From Candidatus Multivoradales bacterium (GTDB lineage: Bacteria; Acidobacteriota; Thermoanaerobaculia; Multivoradales; J023), in the NCBI GenBank assembly GCA_965248925.1, contig CBDFLE010000006.1:3488001-3552000 (forward strand): 64,000 nt of DNA, written 5' to 3'. Below the pieces are notes generated by a model. That model was given only the letters and a program-made list of their open reading frames with translations. It was not told where the DNA came from and did no database searches. Below, piece after piece: positions 18,053 through 28,826 of the stretch. How positions within the stretch are numbered: the stretch's first letter is position 1; each line of letters opens with the position of its first letter. Made by a program: the position numbers and the translations under genes.

Positions 18053-21000
18053 GCAGGATTCCGGAAGCGGAAGTGGAGCGACTAAAGCGAGAAGTATCGG
18101 TGGAACGCCTGGTCCTGGCCCGCGGTGTAGAGCTGAAACGGCACGGGGCGGACCTGCTGGGGCTGTGTCCGTTTCACGACGACCACGAGCCGTCGCTGGT
18201 GATCTCGCCAAAGAAGAACCTGTGGCACTGCCTGGGCGCCTGCCAGGCGGGTGGCTCGGTGATCGATTGGGTGATGCGAGATCGCGGGGTGTCGTTTCGC
18301 CACGCGGTCGAGCTGCTGCGCTCGGATCTGCCGGCGGCGGCGGTCACTGAGGCGCGGCCTTCGGCGCCGGCTCTGCCTTCGCCGGTGGTGGCGGACGTCG
18401 AGGACGCGGAGCTACTCGGCCAGGTCGTCGGCTACTACCACGAGGCTTTGAAGGACAGCCCGGAAGCGCTGACGTACCTGGAGAGTCGGGGCTTGAAGCA
18501 CCCGGAGATGATCGAGCATTTCCGGCTTGGCTTCGCCAACCGGACGCTGGGCTATCGTCTGCCATCGAAGCAGCTGAAGGCGGGTAAGGAGATGCGGGGT
18601 CGATTGCAGAAGCTCGGCGTGCTGCGCAAGTCGGGTCATGAGCACTTCAACGGCTCGATCGTCTTTCCGGTCTTCAAGGGTGGCCGGGTGGTGGAGATCT
18701 ACGGGCGCAAGATCACACTGAATCTTCGCAAGGGGACGCCCTTGCATCTCTATCTGCCGGGTCCACATCGAGGGATCTTTAATGCGGAAGCTCTGGTGGC
18801 CTCGACCGAGATCATCCTCTGCGAGTCGCTGATCGACGCTCTGACTTTCTGGTGTGCGGGTTACCGTAACGTCACCAGCGCCTACGGCATCCAGGGTTTC
18901 ACCGCGGAGATGCTGGCAGCCTTCGGTGGCCACGGAGTCGAGCGGGTGCTGATCGCCTACGACCGTGACGATGCCGGCGAGAAGGCCGCCGGGAAGCTGG
19001 CCGAGAAGCTGGTGGGTGCCGGGATCGACTGCTACCGAATCCAATTTCCGCGTGGCATGGATGCCAACGAGTACGCGCTGAAGGTGACCCCGGCGGCGAA
19101 GTCGCTGGGGGTGGTGATCCGCAAAGCACAGTGGCTCGGCAAAGGCAAGCCGCCGGGCGTGAAACCGGGGTTTGGGCCAACAGCTGGCCTAATCGCGCCA
19201 ACGGTACGGCCAAACACAGCCGCAGAGGCGGTAATGGCTCCACCAACAGAGCAGCTGACATCATCGAATACCGCCGGAGAGGCGGTATTGGCACTGCCCG
19301 CCCCGGCCGAAGCCTCCCCACTGCCCGCACCGCCTCCGCCAGATATGCCGGCTGAGGTGCGCGACCAGGAGGTGGTCTTGTCGCTCGGCGATCGCCGCTA
19401 CCGCATTCGCGGTCTGCCGAAGAATCTGGCCTACGACGTGCTCAAGGTCAACGTCCTGGCGTCGCGGGGCGACGCCTTCCACGTCGACACTTTCGATCTC
19501 TACGCGGCGCGGCCGCGGGCGGTGTTTCAGCGGGCGGCAGCCGCTGAGCTGGGGGTCGAGGAGCAGGTGGTCAAGAAGGATCTGGGCAAGGTGCTGCTGA
19601 AGCTCGAGGAGCTGCAGGACGAGCAGATCCGCTCGGCACTCGAGCCGCAGTCGACGGCGGTGGAGCTGTCAGAGGGAGAGAAGGAAGCGGCGCTTGAGCT
19701 GCTGCGCTCACCAGATCTCTTGGTGCGCATCCTCGCGGACTTCGAGCGCTGCGGGGTGGTGGGCGAGGAGGTCAACAAGCTGATGGGCTACCTGGCGTCG
19801 ACCTCGCGTTTCCTGGAACGGCCGCTGGCGGTGGTGGTGCAGTCCAGCTCAGCGGCCGGTAAGTCGGCGCTGATGGAGGCAGTGCTGGCACTGATGCCAG
19901 GTGAGCAGCAAGTGAAGTACTCGGCGATGACCGGGCAATCGCTGTTCTACATGGGCGAAACGGATCTGCAGCACAAGATCCTGGCGATCGTCGAGGAGGA
20001 GGGGGCCGAGCGGGCTAGCTACGCCTTGAAGCTGCTTCAGTCGGAGGGCGAGCTGACGATTGCCTCGACCGGCAAGGATGCTTCAACGGGCAAGCTGGTG
20101 ACGCACGAGTACCACGTCGAAGGGCCGGTGATGATCTTCTTGACGACCACGGCAATCGACATCGATGAAGAGCTTTTGAATCGCTGCTTGGTGCTCTCGG
20201 TGGACGAGGCGCGAGAGCAGACGCGGGCGATTCACCGGCTGCAGCGGCAGCGGCGGACGCTGGAGGGGCTACTCTCGCGCACCCGGCGCGACGGGGTGAT
20301 GGCGCTGCACCAGAACGCGCAGCGGCTGCTGCGGCCGCTGGCGGTGGTCAATCCCTTTGCTCCGGAACTTACCTTTCTCGATACGCAAATCCGCACCCGC
20401 CGGGACCACGAGAAGTACCTGACGCTGATCGACGTGATTGCTCTTTTGCATCAATACCAGCGAGAGGTGAAGCTGGCGGTGGTCGACGGGCGAGAGGTGG
20501 AGTACGTCGAAGTGGTGGCCACAGACATCGAGACAGCCAACCGCCTGGCGCACGAAGTCTTGGGGCGCTCGCTCGATGAGCTGCCGCCGCAGACGCGGCG
20601 CCTGCTGGGGCTGATCGACGAGATGGTCAGCGAAGCCTGTGAGGCGCTGGCGATGGATCGGCCGGACTACCGTTTCAGCCGGCGGGCGGTGCGCGAGCAC
20701 ACCGGCTGGGGCAATACGCAGCTGAAGCTGCACCTACGCCGTCTTGAGGAGTTTGAGTATCTGCTGGTGCATCAGGGCGGGCGGGGGCAGAGCTTTGTCT
20801 ACGAGCTGGTTTACGTGGCCAGCGACGAGCCGGAGCGGCCGCGACTGCCGGGGCTGATCGAGGTCGAAACACTCAGGTACGACGAAAAGAAGTCGGGGTC
20901 TGAAGCTGAGAAGTCGGGGCCAAGTCGGCCCCAAGTCGGGGGGGTGTCGGGGGGTGGTCGGGGTGCAGTTTCCCAAGCAGAATCAACAACTTCGGCCGGA

Positions 21001-21111
21001 AATCGTGGAGTTTCGGCAAAAAACGCATATAAGGGGGAGCGAGAAAACGGCCCGTCATGTCGTAAACCTGGGCGTCGTACCGGCGGCTCGGCGGCGGTCG
21101 AGGGGGCCTGA
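18049..21111 (+). CDS. CHC2/Toprim primase-NTPase, unit 2
   Basis: Same motifs as the unit 1 copy, with a few substitutions. Confidence 0.88.
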   Translation: MSRIPEAEVERLKREVSVERLVLARGVELKRHGADLLGLCPFHDDHEPSLVISPKKNLWHCLGACQAGGSVIDWVMRDRGVSFRHAVELLRSDLPAAAVTEARPSAPALPSPVVADVEDAELLGQVVGYYHEALKDSPEALTYLESRGLKHPEMIEHFRLGFANRTLGYRLPSKQLKAGKEMRGRLQKLGVLRKSGHEHFNGSIVFPVFKGGRVVEIYGRKITLNLRKGTPLHLYLPGPHRGIFNAEALVASTEIILCESLIDALTFWCAGYRNVTSAYGIQGFTAEMLAAFGGHGVERVLIAYDRDDAGEKAAGKLAEKLVGAGIDCYRIQFPRGMDANEYALKVTPAAKSLGVVIRKAQWLGKGKPPGVKPGFGPTAGLIAPTVRPNTAAEAVMAPPTEQLTSSNTAGEAVLALPAPAEASPLPAPPPPDMPAEVRDQEVVLSLGDRRYRIRGLPKNLAYDVLKVNVLASRGDAFHVDTFDLYAARPRAVFQRAAAAELGVEEQVVKKDLGKVLLKLEELQDEQIRSALEPQSTAVELSEGEKEAALELLRSPDLLVRILADFERCGVVGEEVNKLMGYLASTSRFLERPLAVVVQSSSAAGKSALMEAVLALMPGEQQVKYSAMTGQSLFYMGETDLQHKILAIVEEEGAERASYALKLLQSEGELTIASTGKDASTGKLVTHEYHVEGPVMIFLTTTAIDIDEELLNRCLVLSVDEAREQTRAIHRLQRQRRTLEGLLSRTRRDGVMALHQNAQRLLRPLAVVNPFAPELTFLDTQIRTRRDHEKYLTLIDVIALLHQYQREVKLAVVDGREVEYVEVVATDIETANRLAHEVLGRSLDELPPQTRRLLGLIDEMVSEACEALAMDRPDYRFSRRAVREHTGWGNTQLKLHLRRLEEFEYLLVHQGGRGQSFVYELVYVASDEPERPRLPGLIEVETLRYDEKKSGSEAEKSGPSRPQVGGVSGGGRGAVSQAESTTSAGNRGVSAKNAYKGERENGPSCRKPGRRTGGSAAVEGA

Positions 21112-22184
21112 TGCCGCGCCGTGGCGAGCGCAAGATCCGCCTCTTGCCGGGCAATCCAACCGACCCTCGGGGTTTCGCGGTGATGGCCGGCCAGTACCTG
21201 GAGTGGATGGCGATCAAGAACTACTCTCCACGAACCGTTGAGAACCGGCATCTATACCTCTCGTTTCTCATCGCATGGTGTGACGAGCGTGGAGTGTCGC
21301 GGCCGTCGGACGTGACCAAGCCGATTTTGGAACGCTACGCCAGGTGGCTCTACCACTACCGCAAGCCCGAGGATGGGCGGCCGCTGTCTTTCCGGGCTCA
21401 GCACTCGCGGCTGGTGCCGGTAAGGGCCTTCTTCAAATGGGCGGCTCGGGCCAACCACCTGCTCTACAACCCGGCCTCGGAGCTGGAGCTACCGAAGCTG
21501 GAGCACCGGCTGCCGGCGGCGGTGCTGACCGCCTCTGAAGCCGACCAGGTGCTCAACCAGCCCGACACCGCCGACCCGCTCGGGATGCGCGACCGAACAA
21601 TCCTTGAAGTCTTCTACTCCACGGGCATGCGCCGGGCTGAGCTGATCGGCCTCGGCCGTTACGATCTCGACATCGAACGCGGGACGGTGATGGTGCGCCA
21701 GGGCAAGGGTAGGAAAGATTGGATGATCCCGATCGGCGAGCGGGCGCTGGCCTGGATCGATCGCTACGTCACTGAGGTACGGCCGTCGCTGGTGGTCGAG
21801 CCGGACGGCGGGCCGCTCTTTCTCACCAACCAGGGGACGCCGTTTGCGCCGTCGCGAATGACTCAGCTGGTGCGCGGCTACGTGCTCGCCGCCGATCTCG
21901 GCAAGTCGGGCGCTTGCCATCTCTTCCGCCACACGATGGCGACGCTGATGCTCGAAGGTGGTGCGGATATCCGCTTCATCCAGCAGATGCTCGGCCACGC
22001 CAAGCTGGAGACGACGCAGATTTACACTCAGGTATCGATCCGCAAACTGAAGTCGATCCACTCGGCAACCCATCCGGGCGCGAAGCTAGGGCGGCGGGTG
22101 GCACCGCCGACAGAAGAAGACGGCAGCGATGAAGTGACCGCCGAGGACTTACTCGATGTAGTCGAGACCGAGGCGGAGGACTGA
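21111..22184 (+). CDS. Tyrosine recombinase, unit 2
   Basis: R-K-H-R-H-Y residues intact. Confidence 0.93.
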   Translation: MPRRGERKIRLLPGNPTDPRGFAVMAGQYLEWMAIKNYSPRTVENRHLYLSFLIAWCDERGVSRPSDVTKPILERYARWLYHYRKPEDGRPLSFRAQHSRLVPVRAFFKWAARANHLLYNPASELELPKLEHRLPAAVLTASEADQVLNQPDTADPLGMRDRTILEVFYSTGMRRAELIGLGRYDLDIERGTVMVRQGKGRKDWMIPIGERALAWIDRYVTEVRPSLVVEPDGGPLFLTNQGTPFAPSRMTQLVRGYVLAADLGKSGACHLFRHTMATLMLEGGADIRFIQQMLGHAKLETTQIYTQVSIRKLKSIHSATHPGAKLGRRVAPPTEEDGSDEVTAEDLLDVVETEAED

Positions 22185-22478
22185 CCCCCGCCCGAGCATC
22201 TGCGATCCACCACCTGAGCCCTCCGATCACCGGCCCGGAGCGAGGCTTCAGGTAGTCCAAGAAAAGAGTCTCCGAAAGCTCGCCCCACGCTCCGCCGGGG
22301 CGTGTGTCCCTCCGGTCGCTGCGCTCCCTCCGGGCACGGGCCAGCCGCTCCGCAAGCCGCGCGCCACCTGGGCCCCTCCTCGGACCTCCCAGATGTCACG
22401 CGGCTTGCATGGGTCGCTGTCCGATAGTGCGCGCCCTATCCGACCTGGCCCTCACACGCCCCGGCTCCGGGCCTACGG

Positions 22479-22508
22479 CCTTTCCATAACGCGTGCATTA
22501 TGGAAACT
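22479..22508 (+). other. cer/dif-like XerCD site, unit 2
   Basis: Identical to 14722..14751. Confidence 0.55.
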
Positions 22509-22963
22509 TGGGGTGAGCACTCCGCGAGCCTGCGATGGTCAGCGGCTTCGGAACCACGCCCCGCTCCGGGCCTCCTTGCCGAGATCCACCAGCCAGCACT
22601 GCGACGGCTCGGCCCGGCCCCGTCCGCCCCCTCAAGGGGGCTCCCCATCCTCCTCCCAAGACCCGCCCTGCGTCGTGGCCTCCGTACCCTGCGCGCGGCG
22701 CCCTGCGGTCGCCGTGCTCGGCTCCGGCCCCGCCGCCACCACGCCCCCAACGTGCAGATTGGTTTGGCGGCTGCGCCGCCGGCACCAAACTGCCGGAAAG
22801 ACCCGCGCTCGCTCCGACGACCAGCCCAACGAAAACGACCTAAGAAAACACCCACTGCCCGAAGAAAGCGGCCTAAGAAAACCGCATCCCGCCTCCGCAC
22901 CAACCACCCTTCCTCCTTTAGCCGCTGTCTTCGAGCGCCACCCGCGGCGTAGAATGGCCCGGC

Positions 22964-24040
22964 ATGAGGCAGGCAGCTAAAGGAAGAAGCACTTGGACGA
23001 TGGCGCTCGGGCTGGTCGTCGCGCTCCTGGCGGTGACGATGCCGGCAACAGCGATCGCGCCGATCTCCGAGTCGAGCTACGCCGAAACTCGCCTCTGGAC
23101 CTTCGAGCACCAAGACCCCGCCGGCAGTAGGGCCGAGCGAGGCTTAAGTAGAACAGGCATAGAGGGTTACCAGCTCTCAAGCTGGAAACCGCGTCGGGCT
23201 GTCCCCTTCACCCGAGGGGGTCAGCAGGTGGCGTTGCACAACTACTTTCCCTTTGGTCAAGAGGCGACCAGCGCGGAGGCTGACGAGATCCAGCTGAAAT
23301 TCACCGGTCATGAGCGGGACAAGACCGGGACCGGCAGCCGCTCCGAGCTGGACTATATGCATGCTCGGCATTGCAGCCCGGTGGTGGGGCGGTTTTTGAG
23401 TGTGGATCCATCTCTGGGTAGCCGGTCCTCACCACAGAGTTGGAATCGCTTCTCTTACGTCAGCAACAGTCCAATCAACCAGGTAGACCCGGACGGAAGG
23501 CTTGGGTTTCTGGTAACTGCATTTCTTGGCGGAGTCGTAGATGTTGGGATTCAAATTGCGAGCAACGCGCTTTCAGGGGAAGAGCTCACAACAGGCGTAG
23601 CCGGGGCTTTCGTCACCGGAGCAGTGGCTGGTGCCACAGGTCTTGGGCTATTGAAGGTGGCTGGTAGGGGAGCGAAGCTCGTAGGAGCCGTAAGAAATGC
23701 AAAGAAACTGAAGAAGTCAGCTGCTGCTGCTGACGCAGCTAGAGCGGGTGCAAAGGGGGCAGCGGAGGTTTCGCAGAAGGTTGCAAACCAGGCTAACCAC
23801 ATCTTCGGTTCAAAGAACCTCGCAAAACATAGGCTCGGCGGGGTTCTCGACGCCTTCGGCGGAGACCAGGTCGCGGCGTTACGATCCATAGAGTCAAGTG
23901 CACAGAAGCTCGCAGCCAGCGGGGCTATCGAGGGTGTTTTCCGAGCGGTTGTAAGGGTAGGGGAACACTCCGTCACGGTTAAAGGACGTGTGATTGATGG
24001 TGTAGTCAACGTCGGCTCTGCCTTCATCCCGATTCGATAG
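22964..24040 (+). CDS. Leader::Rhs tip B' fusion (allelic variant of tip B)
   Basis: Identical protein to 15207..16283 until the last ~31 aa. Confidence 0.8.
   Translation: MRQAAKGRSTWTMALGLVVALLAVTMPATAIAPISESSYAETRLWTFEHQDPAGSRAERGLSRTGIEGYQLSSWKPRRAVPFTRGGQQVALHNYFPFGQEATSAEADEIQLKFTGHERDKTGTGSRSELDYMHARHCSPVVGRFLSVDPSLGSRSSPQSWNRFSYVSNSPINQVDPDGRLGFLVTAFLGGVVDVGIQIASNALSGEELTTGVAGAFVTGAVAGATGLGLLKVAGRGAKLVGAVRNAKKLKKSAAAADAARAGAKGAAEVSQKVANQANHIFGSKNLAKHRLGGVLDAFGGDQVAALRSIESSAQKLAASGAIEGVFRAVVRVGEHSVTVKGRVIDGVVNVGSAFIPIR
23198..23225 (+). other. att-like junction between units 2 and 3 (11-6-11)
   Basis: GCTGTCCCCTT-CACCCG-AGGGGGTCAGC. Confidence 0.75.
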
Positions 24041-24050
24041 GAGTATACGG

Positions 24051-24404
24051 ATGAGTACGGAGATCCTGGAATCTGCTGTCATCGGCAGCATGTTGGACGA
24101 CTCAGAACTTTCACCTGGCCTTCGTTCGTTCGATCCGTTGGCACTCGTTGAAACAGAGCGGAACTTCAGCCAAGTAGGATTCATCACCAGCTTCGCTCGG
24201 ACTTCTGGAACAAAGCTGTTTGGCGATAACATCTCCATGCGGTGGGGGAAAGTTAGTGGACGCCTCAACTCCGAGATCGATGTGGGCTTCATCGTCTATG
24301 TGGATGACGGATACCTGACCGGAGTCGAGGGCTTCACCTATGGCGGGGAGCTGTGGCCCTCCGAGGTAAGAGCGTTCGAGTTGACGGATCTGCCGGACGG
24401 TTGA
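24051..24404 (+). CDS. Putative immunity protein for tip B'
   Basis: Clear homologue of 16288..16647 with many substitutions; AGGAG RBS. Confidence 0.75.
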   Translation: MSTEILESAVIGSMLDDSELSPGLRSFDPLALVETERNFSQVGFITSFARTSGTKLFGDNISMRWGKVSGRLNSEIDVGFIVYVDDGYLTGVEGFTYGGELWPSEVRAFELTDLPDG

Positions 24405-24426
24405 TTGTCGTGCCGTCGGGGTGTGA

Positions 24427-24708
24427 GTGGTGACACCGCTTCGAATCCAGGAGCACGGCGCTCACCTTCAAACGTCCGGCCTCTCATCAATCCGGAAGTC
24501 AGAACTCGCGGTAGCGGTGTCGCCGGGGGTTTCGGCTGTGGTAGCGTGGCGGCTTCTGCACTCAGCAGCTTCCTACATGGTTTCGGTCAACTACCGGCCC
24601 GAGGCGGGGGAAATCCTGTGCTATGAGGGCCAGTGCTACCGGCTGGAGCCGGTGCGGGGTGGCCTCCTGCTGCTGCGTCCGGTGATTGGCAGTGAGGCCG
24701 CCAGCTAA
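24427..24708 (+). CDS. Hypothetical protein (homologue of 16640..16951)
   Basis: Conserved frame; identical C-terminal half. Confidence 0.4.
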   Translation: MVTPLRIQEHGAHLQTSGLSSIRKSELAVAVSPGVSAVVAWRLLHSAASYMVSVNYRPEAGEILCYEGQCYRLEPVRGGLLLLRPVIGSEAAS

Positions 24709-24715
24709 GCCGCGA

Positions 24716-25087
24716 TCAGGGGGCAGCGGTGGCTGATTCCTGGGTGACGAGGTCAACGAACTTCTTCTTGGTCAGCAGGCCATCGATGATCTTGATGACG
24801 GCAGCCTTTTCCTCGGGGTCGAGGCGTTCGAGCAGCTCCATGCGCTGGGCGAGAGGCTGATCTTCGAGCCGGACGGGTCGAAACTCTCCCTCTTCTTCAT
24901 TCAGCAGGAAGTCGGTCGTCACCTCGAACTCTGAGGCGAGCTTGCGCAGCAGGTCAATGGACGGCTGGTAGCGGCCGTTCTCAAGCCGGCTGATGTGGCC
25001 AGTGCTAACCCCGAGGCGCTTGCCGAGTTCGCCCTGGGCCCACCTGTGCTCAGCGCGGAGCTTTCGGATCTTCTCTTGAAGGGTCAT
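24716..25087 (-). CDS. XRE-family HTH repressor, type 2, unit 3
   Basis: Same protein as 16959..17330. Confidence 0.9.
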   Translation of the reverse strand: MTLQEKIRKLRAEHRWAQGELGKRLGVSTGHISRLENGRYQPSIDLLRKLASEFEVTTDFLLNEEEGEFRPVRLEDQPLAQRMELLERLDPEEKAAVIKIIDGLLTKKKFVDLVTQESATAAP

Positions 25088-25295
25088 TGATCGTCGATTT
25101 CCTGGCCTCTTGGGCCGAATTTCCACTAATTCTAAGCGCATACGGTGATTTGCGCAAGTAATTCGGGCGAGAACGTACGCTCTGCTTGACGATGATAGGC
25201 GCATGCGTTATTATTTGTGCATGAGAGCAGCAAGGTGCCGTGGTCGCAACCGTTAACTGCTCCAAGCGTGATGCGAAAACTGGAGGGAAATCTCA

Positions 25296-25592
25296 ATGAC
25301 CGAGCACAAGCTAACAATCTCCGCCCTGTACCGCCCCGGCTGGCACGTCTTGCCCAGATCGGCACGGCTGCCATTGCTGCAGATTGCAGGTCCGTGGCTC
25401 CAGGACGCTGGCTTCTACCCTGGTGCGCGAGTGCGGGTCGACGTGGTGGGCGAAGGGCGCCTGGTGGTGACGCGGGTGGAAGAAGGCGAGGAAGAGAGGG
25501 AAATGCAGCCGGTGGTGTGGGTGCCAGCGGATCAGATCGGCCGGATTGATGAGGTCTCGGCAAGTCGCCTGGCAGGAGCAGCCTGTGTCTGA
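25296..25592 (+). CDS. SymE-like protein 1, unit 3
   Basis: Identical to the unit 2 copy. Confidence 0.7.
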   Translation: MTEHKLTISALYRPGWHVLPRSARLPLLQIAGPWLQDAGFYPGARVRVDVVGEGRLVVTRVEEGEEEREMQPVVWVPADQIGRIDEVSASRLAGAACV

Positions 25593-25809
25593 GTCGAGAG
25601 CTGAGCGGCATCTGACGATCTCTACCCTGCACGAGCCCCGCGCACCGCACTACATCAACGGTCCGTGCTCGGTGCGGCTTGTGCCGTTTGTGCGGATGCG
25701 GGGGGCTTGGCTGGAAGCAGCGGGGTTTCGCTGTGGGGAGCGGCTGCGGGTGGAGGTCGAGCAGGATCGTTTGGTGCTTACTCCGGTGGGATCGGAGGCG
25801 GCACGGTGA
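25585..25809 (+). CDS. SymE-family protein 2, unit 3
   Basis: Identical to the other copies. Confidence 0.75.
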   Translation: MSESRAERHLTISTLHEPRAPHYINGPCSVRLVPFVRMRGAWLEAAGFRCGERLRVEVEQDRLVLTPVGSEAAR

Positions 25810-28800
25810 GCAGGATTCCGGAAGCGGAAGTGGAGCGACTAAAGCGAGAAGTATCGGTGGAACGCCTGGTCCTGGCCCGCGGTGTAGAGCTGAAACGGCA
25901 CGGGGCGGACCTGCTGGGGCTGTGTCCGTTTCACGACGACCACGAGCCGTCGCTGGTGATCTCGCCAAAGAAGAACCTGTGGCACTGCCTGGGCGCCTGC
26001 CAGGCGGGTGGCTCGGTGATCGATTGGGTGATGCGAGATCGCGGGGTGTCGTTTCGCCACGCGGTCGAGCTGCTGCGCTCGGATCTGCCGGCGGCGGCGG
26101 TCACTGAGGCGCGGCCTTCGGCGCCGGCTCTGCCTTCGCCGGTGGTGGCGGACGTCGAGGACGCGGAGCTACTCGGCCAGGTCGTCGGCTACTACCACGA
26201 GGCTTTGAAGGACAGCCCGGAAGCGCTGACGTACCTGGAGAGTCGGGGCTTGAAGCACCCGGAGATGATCGAGCATTTCCGGCTTGGCTTCGCCAACCGG
26301 ACGCTGGGCTATCGTCTGCCATCGAAGCAGCTGAAGGCGGGCAAGGAGATCCGGGGTCGATTGCAGAAGCTCGGGGTGCTGCGCAAGTCGGGTCATGAGC
26401 ACTTCAATGGCTCGATCGTCTTTCCGGTCTTCGCGGGTGGCCAGGTGGTGGAGATCTACGGGCGCAAGATCACACTGAATCTTCGCAAGGGGACGCCCTT
26501 GCATCTCTATCTGCCGGGTCCGCATCGAGGGATCTTCAATGCGGAAGCTCTGGTGGCCTCGACCGAGATCATCCTCTGCGAGTCGCTGATCGACGCCCTG
26601 ACCTTCTGGTGTGCGGGCTACCGCAACGTCACCAGCGCCTACGGCATCCAGGGTTTCACCGAGGAGATGCTGGCAGCCTTCGGTGGCCATGGAGTCGAGC
26701 GGGTGCTGATTGCCTACGACCGGGACGATGCCGGCGAGAAGGCCGCCGGGAAGCTGGCCGAGAAGCTGGTGGGTGCCGGGATCGACTGCTACAGAATCCA
26801 CTTTCCGCGCGGCATGGACGCCAACGAGTACGCGCTGAAGGTGACCCCGGCGGCGAAGTCGCTGGGGGTGGTGATCCGCACAGCACAGTGGCTCGGGAAA
26901 GGCAAGGTGCCCGAGGTGAAACCGGGGTTCGAACCCATAGTGGGCGCATTGGCACCACAGGTAGAGCAACCGACACCGCCGAATACACCCGGAGAGGGTG
27001 TATTGGCGCCACCCGCGCCGGCCAAAGCCTCGCCGCTGCCGGCTCCACCACCGCCGGATGTGCCGGCTGAGGTGCGTGAGCAGGAGGTAGTGCTGTCGCT
27101 CGGCGATCGCCGCTACCGGGTCCGAGGTCTGCCGAAGAATCTGGCCTACGACGTGCTCAAGGTCAACGTCCTGGCGTCGCGGGGCGACGCCTTCCACGTC
27201 GACACTTTCGATCTCTACGCGGCGCGGCCGCGGGCGGTGTTTCAGCGGGCGGCAGCCGCTGAGCTGGGGGTCGAGGAGCAGGTGGTCAAGAAGGATCTGG
27301 GCAAGGTGCTGCTGAAGCTCGAGGAGCTGCAGGACGAGCAGATCCGCTCGGCACTCGAGCCGCAGTCGACGGCGGTGGAGCTGTCAGAGGGAGAGAAGGA
27401 AGCGGCGCTTGAGCTGCTGCGCTCACCAGATCTCTTGGCGCGAATCCTGGAGGACTTCGAGCGCTGCGGGGTGGTGGGTGAGGAGGTCAACAAACTCATG
27501 GGCTATATGGCGGCCACCTCGCGTTTCCTAGAACGGCCCCTAGCGGTGGTGGTGCAATCCAGCTCGGCGGCCGGCAAGTCGGCGCTGATGGAGGCGGTGC
27601 TGGCACTGATGCCAGGTGAGCAGCAAGTGAAGTACTCGGCGATGACCGGGCAATCGCTGTTCTACATGGGCGAGACGAACCTACAGCACAAGATCTTGGC
27701 GATCGTCGAAGAGGAAGGCGCCGAGCGAGCGAGCTACGCCTTGAAACTGCTTCAGTCAGAAGGAGAGCTGACCATCGCGTCGACCGGCAAGGATGCTTCA
27801 ACGGGCAAGCTGGTGACGCACGAGTACCACGTCGAAGGGCCGGTGATGATCTTCTTGACGACCACGGCGATCGACATCGATGAAGAACTGCTGAATCGGT
27901 GTCTGGTGCTGTCGGTAGACGAGGCGCGGGAGCAGACTCGGGCGATTCACCGGCTGCAGCGAGAGCGGCGAACGCTCCAGGGGCTGTTGTCGCGCACCCG
28001 ACGCGACGGGGTGATGGCATTGCACCAGAACGCGCAGCGGCTGCTGCGGCCGCTGGCGGTGGTCAATCCCTTCGCTCCCGAGCTGACCTTTCTCGATACG
28101 CAGATCAGAACCCGTCGAGACCACGAGAAGTACCTGACCCTGATCGACGTGATTGCTCTTTTGCATCAATACCAGCGAGAGGTGAAGCTGGCGGTGGTCG
28201 ACGGGCGAGAGGTGGAGTACGTCGAAGTGGTGGCCACAGACATCGAGACAGCCAACCGCCTGGCGCACGAAGTCTTGGGGCGCTCGCTCGATGAGCTGCC
28301 GCCGCAGACGCGGCGCCTGCTGGGGCTGATCGACGAGATGGTCAGCGAAGCCTGTGAGGCGCTGGCGATGGATCGGCCGGACTACCGTTTCAGCCGGCGG
28401 GCGGTGCGCGAGCACACCGGCTGGGGCAATACGCAGCTGAAGCTGCACCTACGCCGTCTTGAGGAGTTTGAGTATCTGCTGGTGCATCAGGGCGGGCGGG
28501 GGCAGAGCTTTGTCTACGAGCTGGTTTACGTGGCCAGCGACGAGCCGGAGCGGCCGCGACTGCCGGGGCTGATCGAGGTCGAAACACTCAGGTACGACGA
28601 AAAGAAGTCGGGGTCTGAAGCTGAGAAGTCGGGGCCAAGTCGGCCCCAAGTCGGGGGGGTGTCGGGGGGTGGTCGGGGTGCAGTTTCCCAAGCAGAATCA
28701 ACGACTTCGGCCGGAAATCGTGGGGTTTCGGCAAAAAACGCATATAAGGGGGTGCGAGAAAACGGCCCGTCATGTCGTAAATCTGGGCGTCGTACCGGCG

Positions 28801-28826
28801 GCTCGGCGGCGGTCGAGGGGGCCTGA
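25806..28826 (+). CDS. CHC2/Toprim primase-NTPase, unit 3
   Basis: Same motifs; shorter and different Pro-rich linker. Confidence 0.88.
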   Translation: MSRIPEAEVERLKREVSVERLVLARGVELKRHGADLLGLCPFHDDHEPSLVISPKKNLWHCLGACQAGGSVIDWVMRDRGVSFRHAVELLRSDLPAAAVTEARPSAPALPSPVVADVEDAELLGQVVGYYHEALKDSPEALTYLESRGLKHPEMIEHFRLGFANRTLGYRLPSKQLKAGKEIRGRLQKLGVLRKSGHEHFNGSIVFPVFAGGQVVEIYGRKITLNLRKGTPLHLYLPGPHRGIFNAEALVASTEIILCESLIDALTFWCAGYRNVTSAYGIQGFTEEMLAAFGGHGVERVLIAYDRDDAGEKAAGKLAEKLVGAGIDCYRIHFPRGMDANEYALKVTPAAKSLGVVIRTAQWLGKGKVPEVKPGFEPIVGALAPQVEQPTPPNTPGEGVLAPPAPAKASPLPAPPPPDVPAEVREQEVVLSLGDRRYRVRGLPKNLAYDVLKVNVLASRGDAFHVDTFDLYAARPRAVFQRAAAAELGVEEQVVKKDLGKVLLKLEELQDEQIRSALEPQSTAVELSEGEKEAALELLRSPDLLARILEDFERCGVVGEEVNKLMGYMAATSRFLERPLAVVVQSSSAAGKSALMEAVLALMPGEQQVKYSAMTGQSLFYMGETNLQHKILAIVEEEGAERASYALKLLQSEGELTIASTGKDASTGKLVTHEYHVEGPVMIFLTTTAIDIDEELLNRCLVLSVDEAREQTRAIHRLQRERRTLQGLLSRTRRDGVMALHQNAQRLLRPLAVVNPFAPELTFLDTQIRTRRDHEKYLTLIDVIALLHQYQREVKLAVVDGREVEYVEVVATDIETANRLAHEVLGRSLDELPPQTRRLLGLIDEMVSEACEALAMDRPDYRFSRRAVREHTGWGNTQLKLHLRRLEEFEYLLVHQGGRGQSFVYELVYVASDEPERPRLPGLIEVETLRYDEKKSGSEAEKSGPSRPQVGGVSGGGRGAVSQAESTTSAGNRGVSAKNAYKGVRENGPSCRKSGRRTGGSAAVEGA

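Larger units (their letters stand above)
15452..23208 (+). mobile_element. Rhs-tip-carrying integrative element, unit 2 (7757 bp)
   Basis: Same gene order as unit 1 with a different tip, immunity gene and XRE; bounded by the 28-bp sites. Confidence 0.8.
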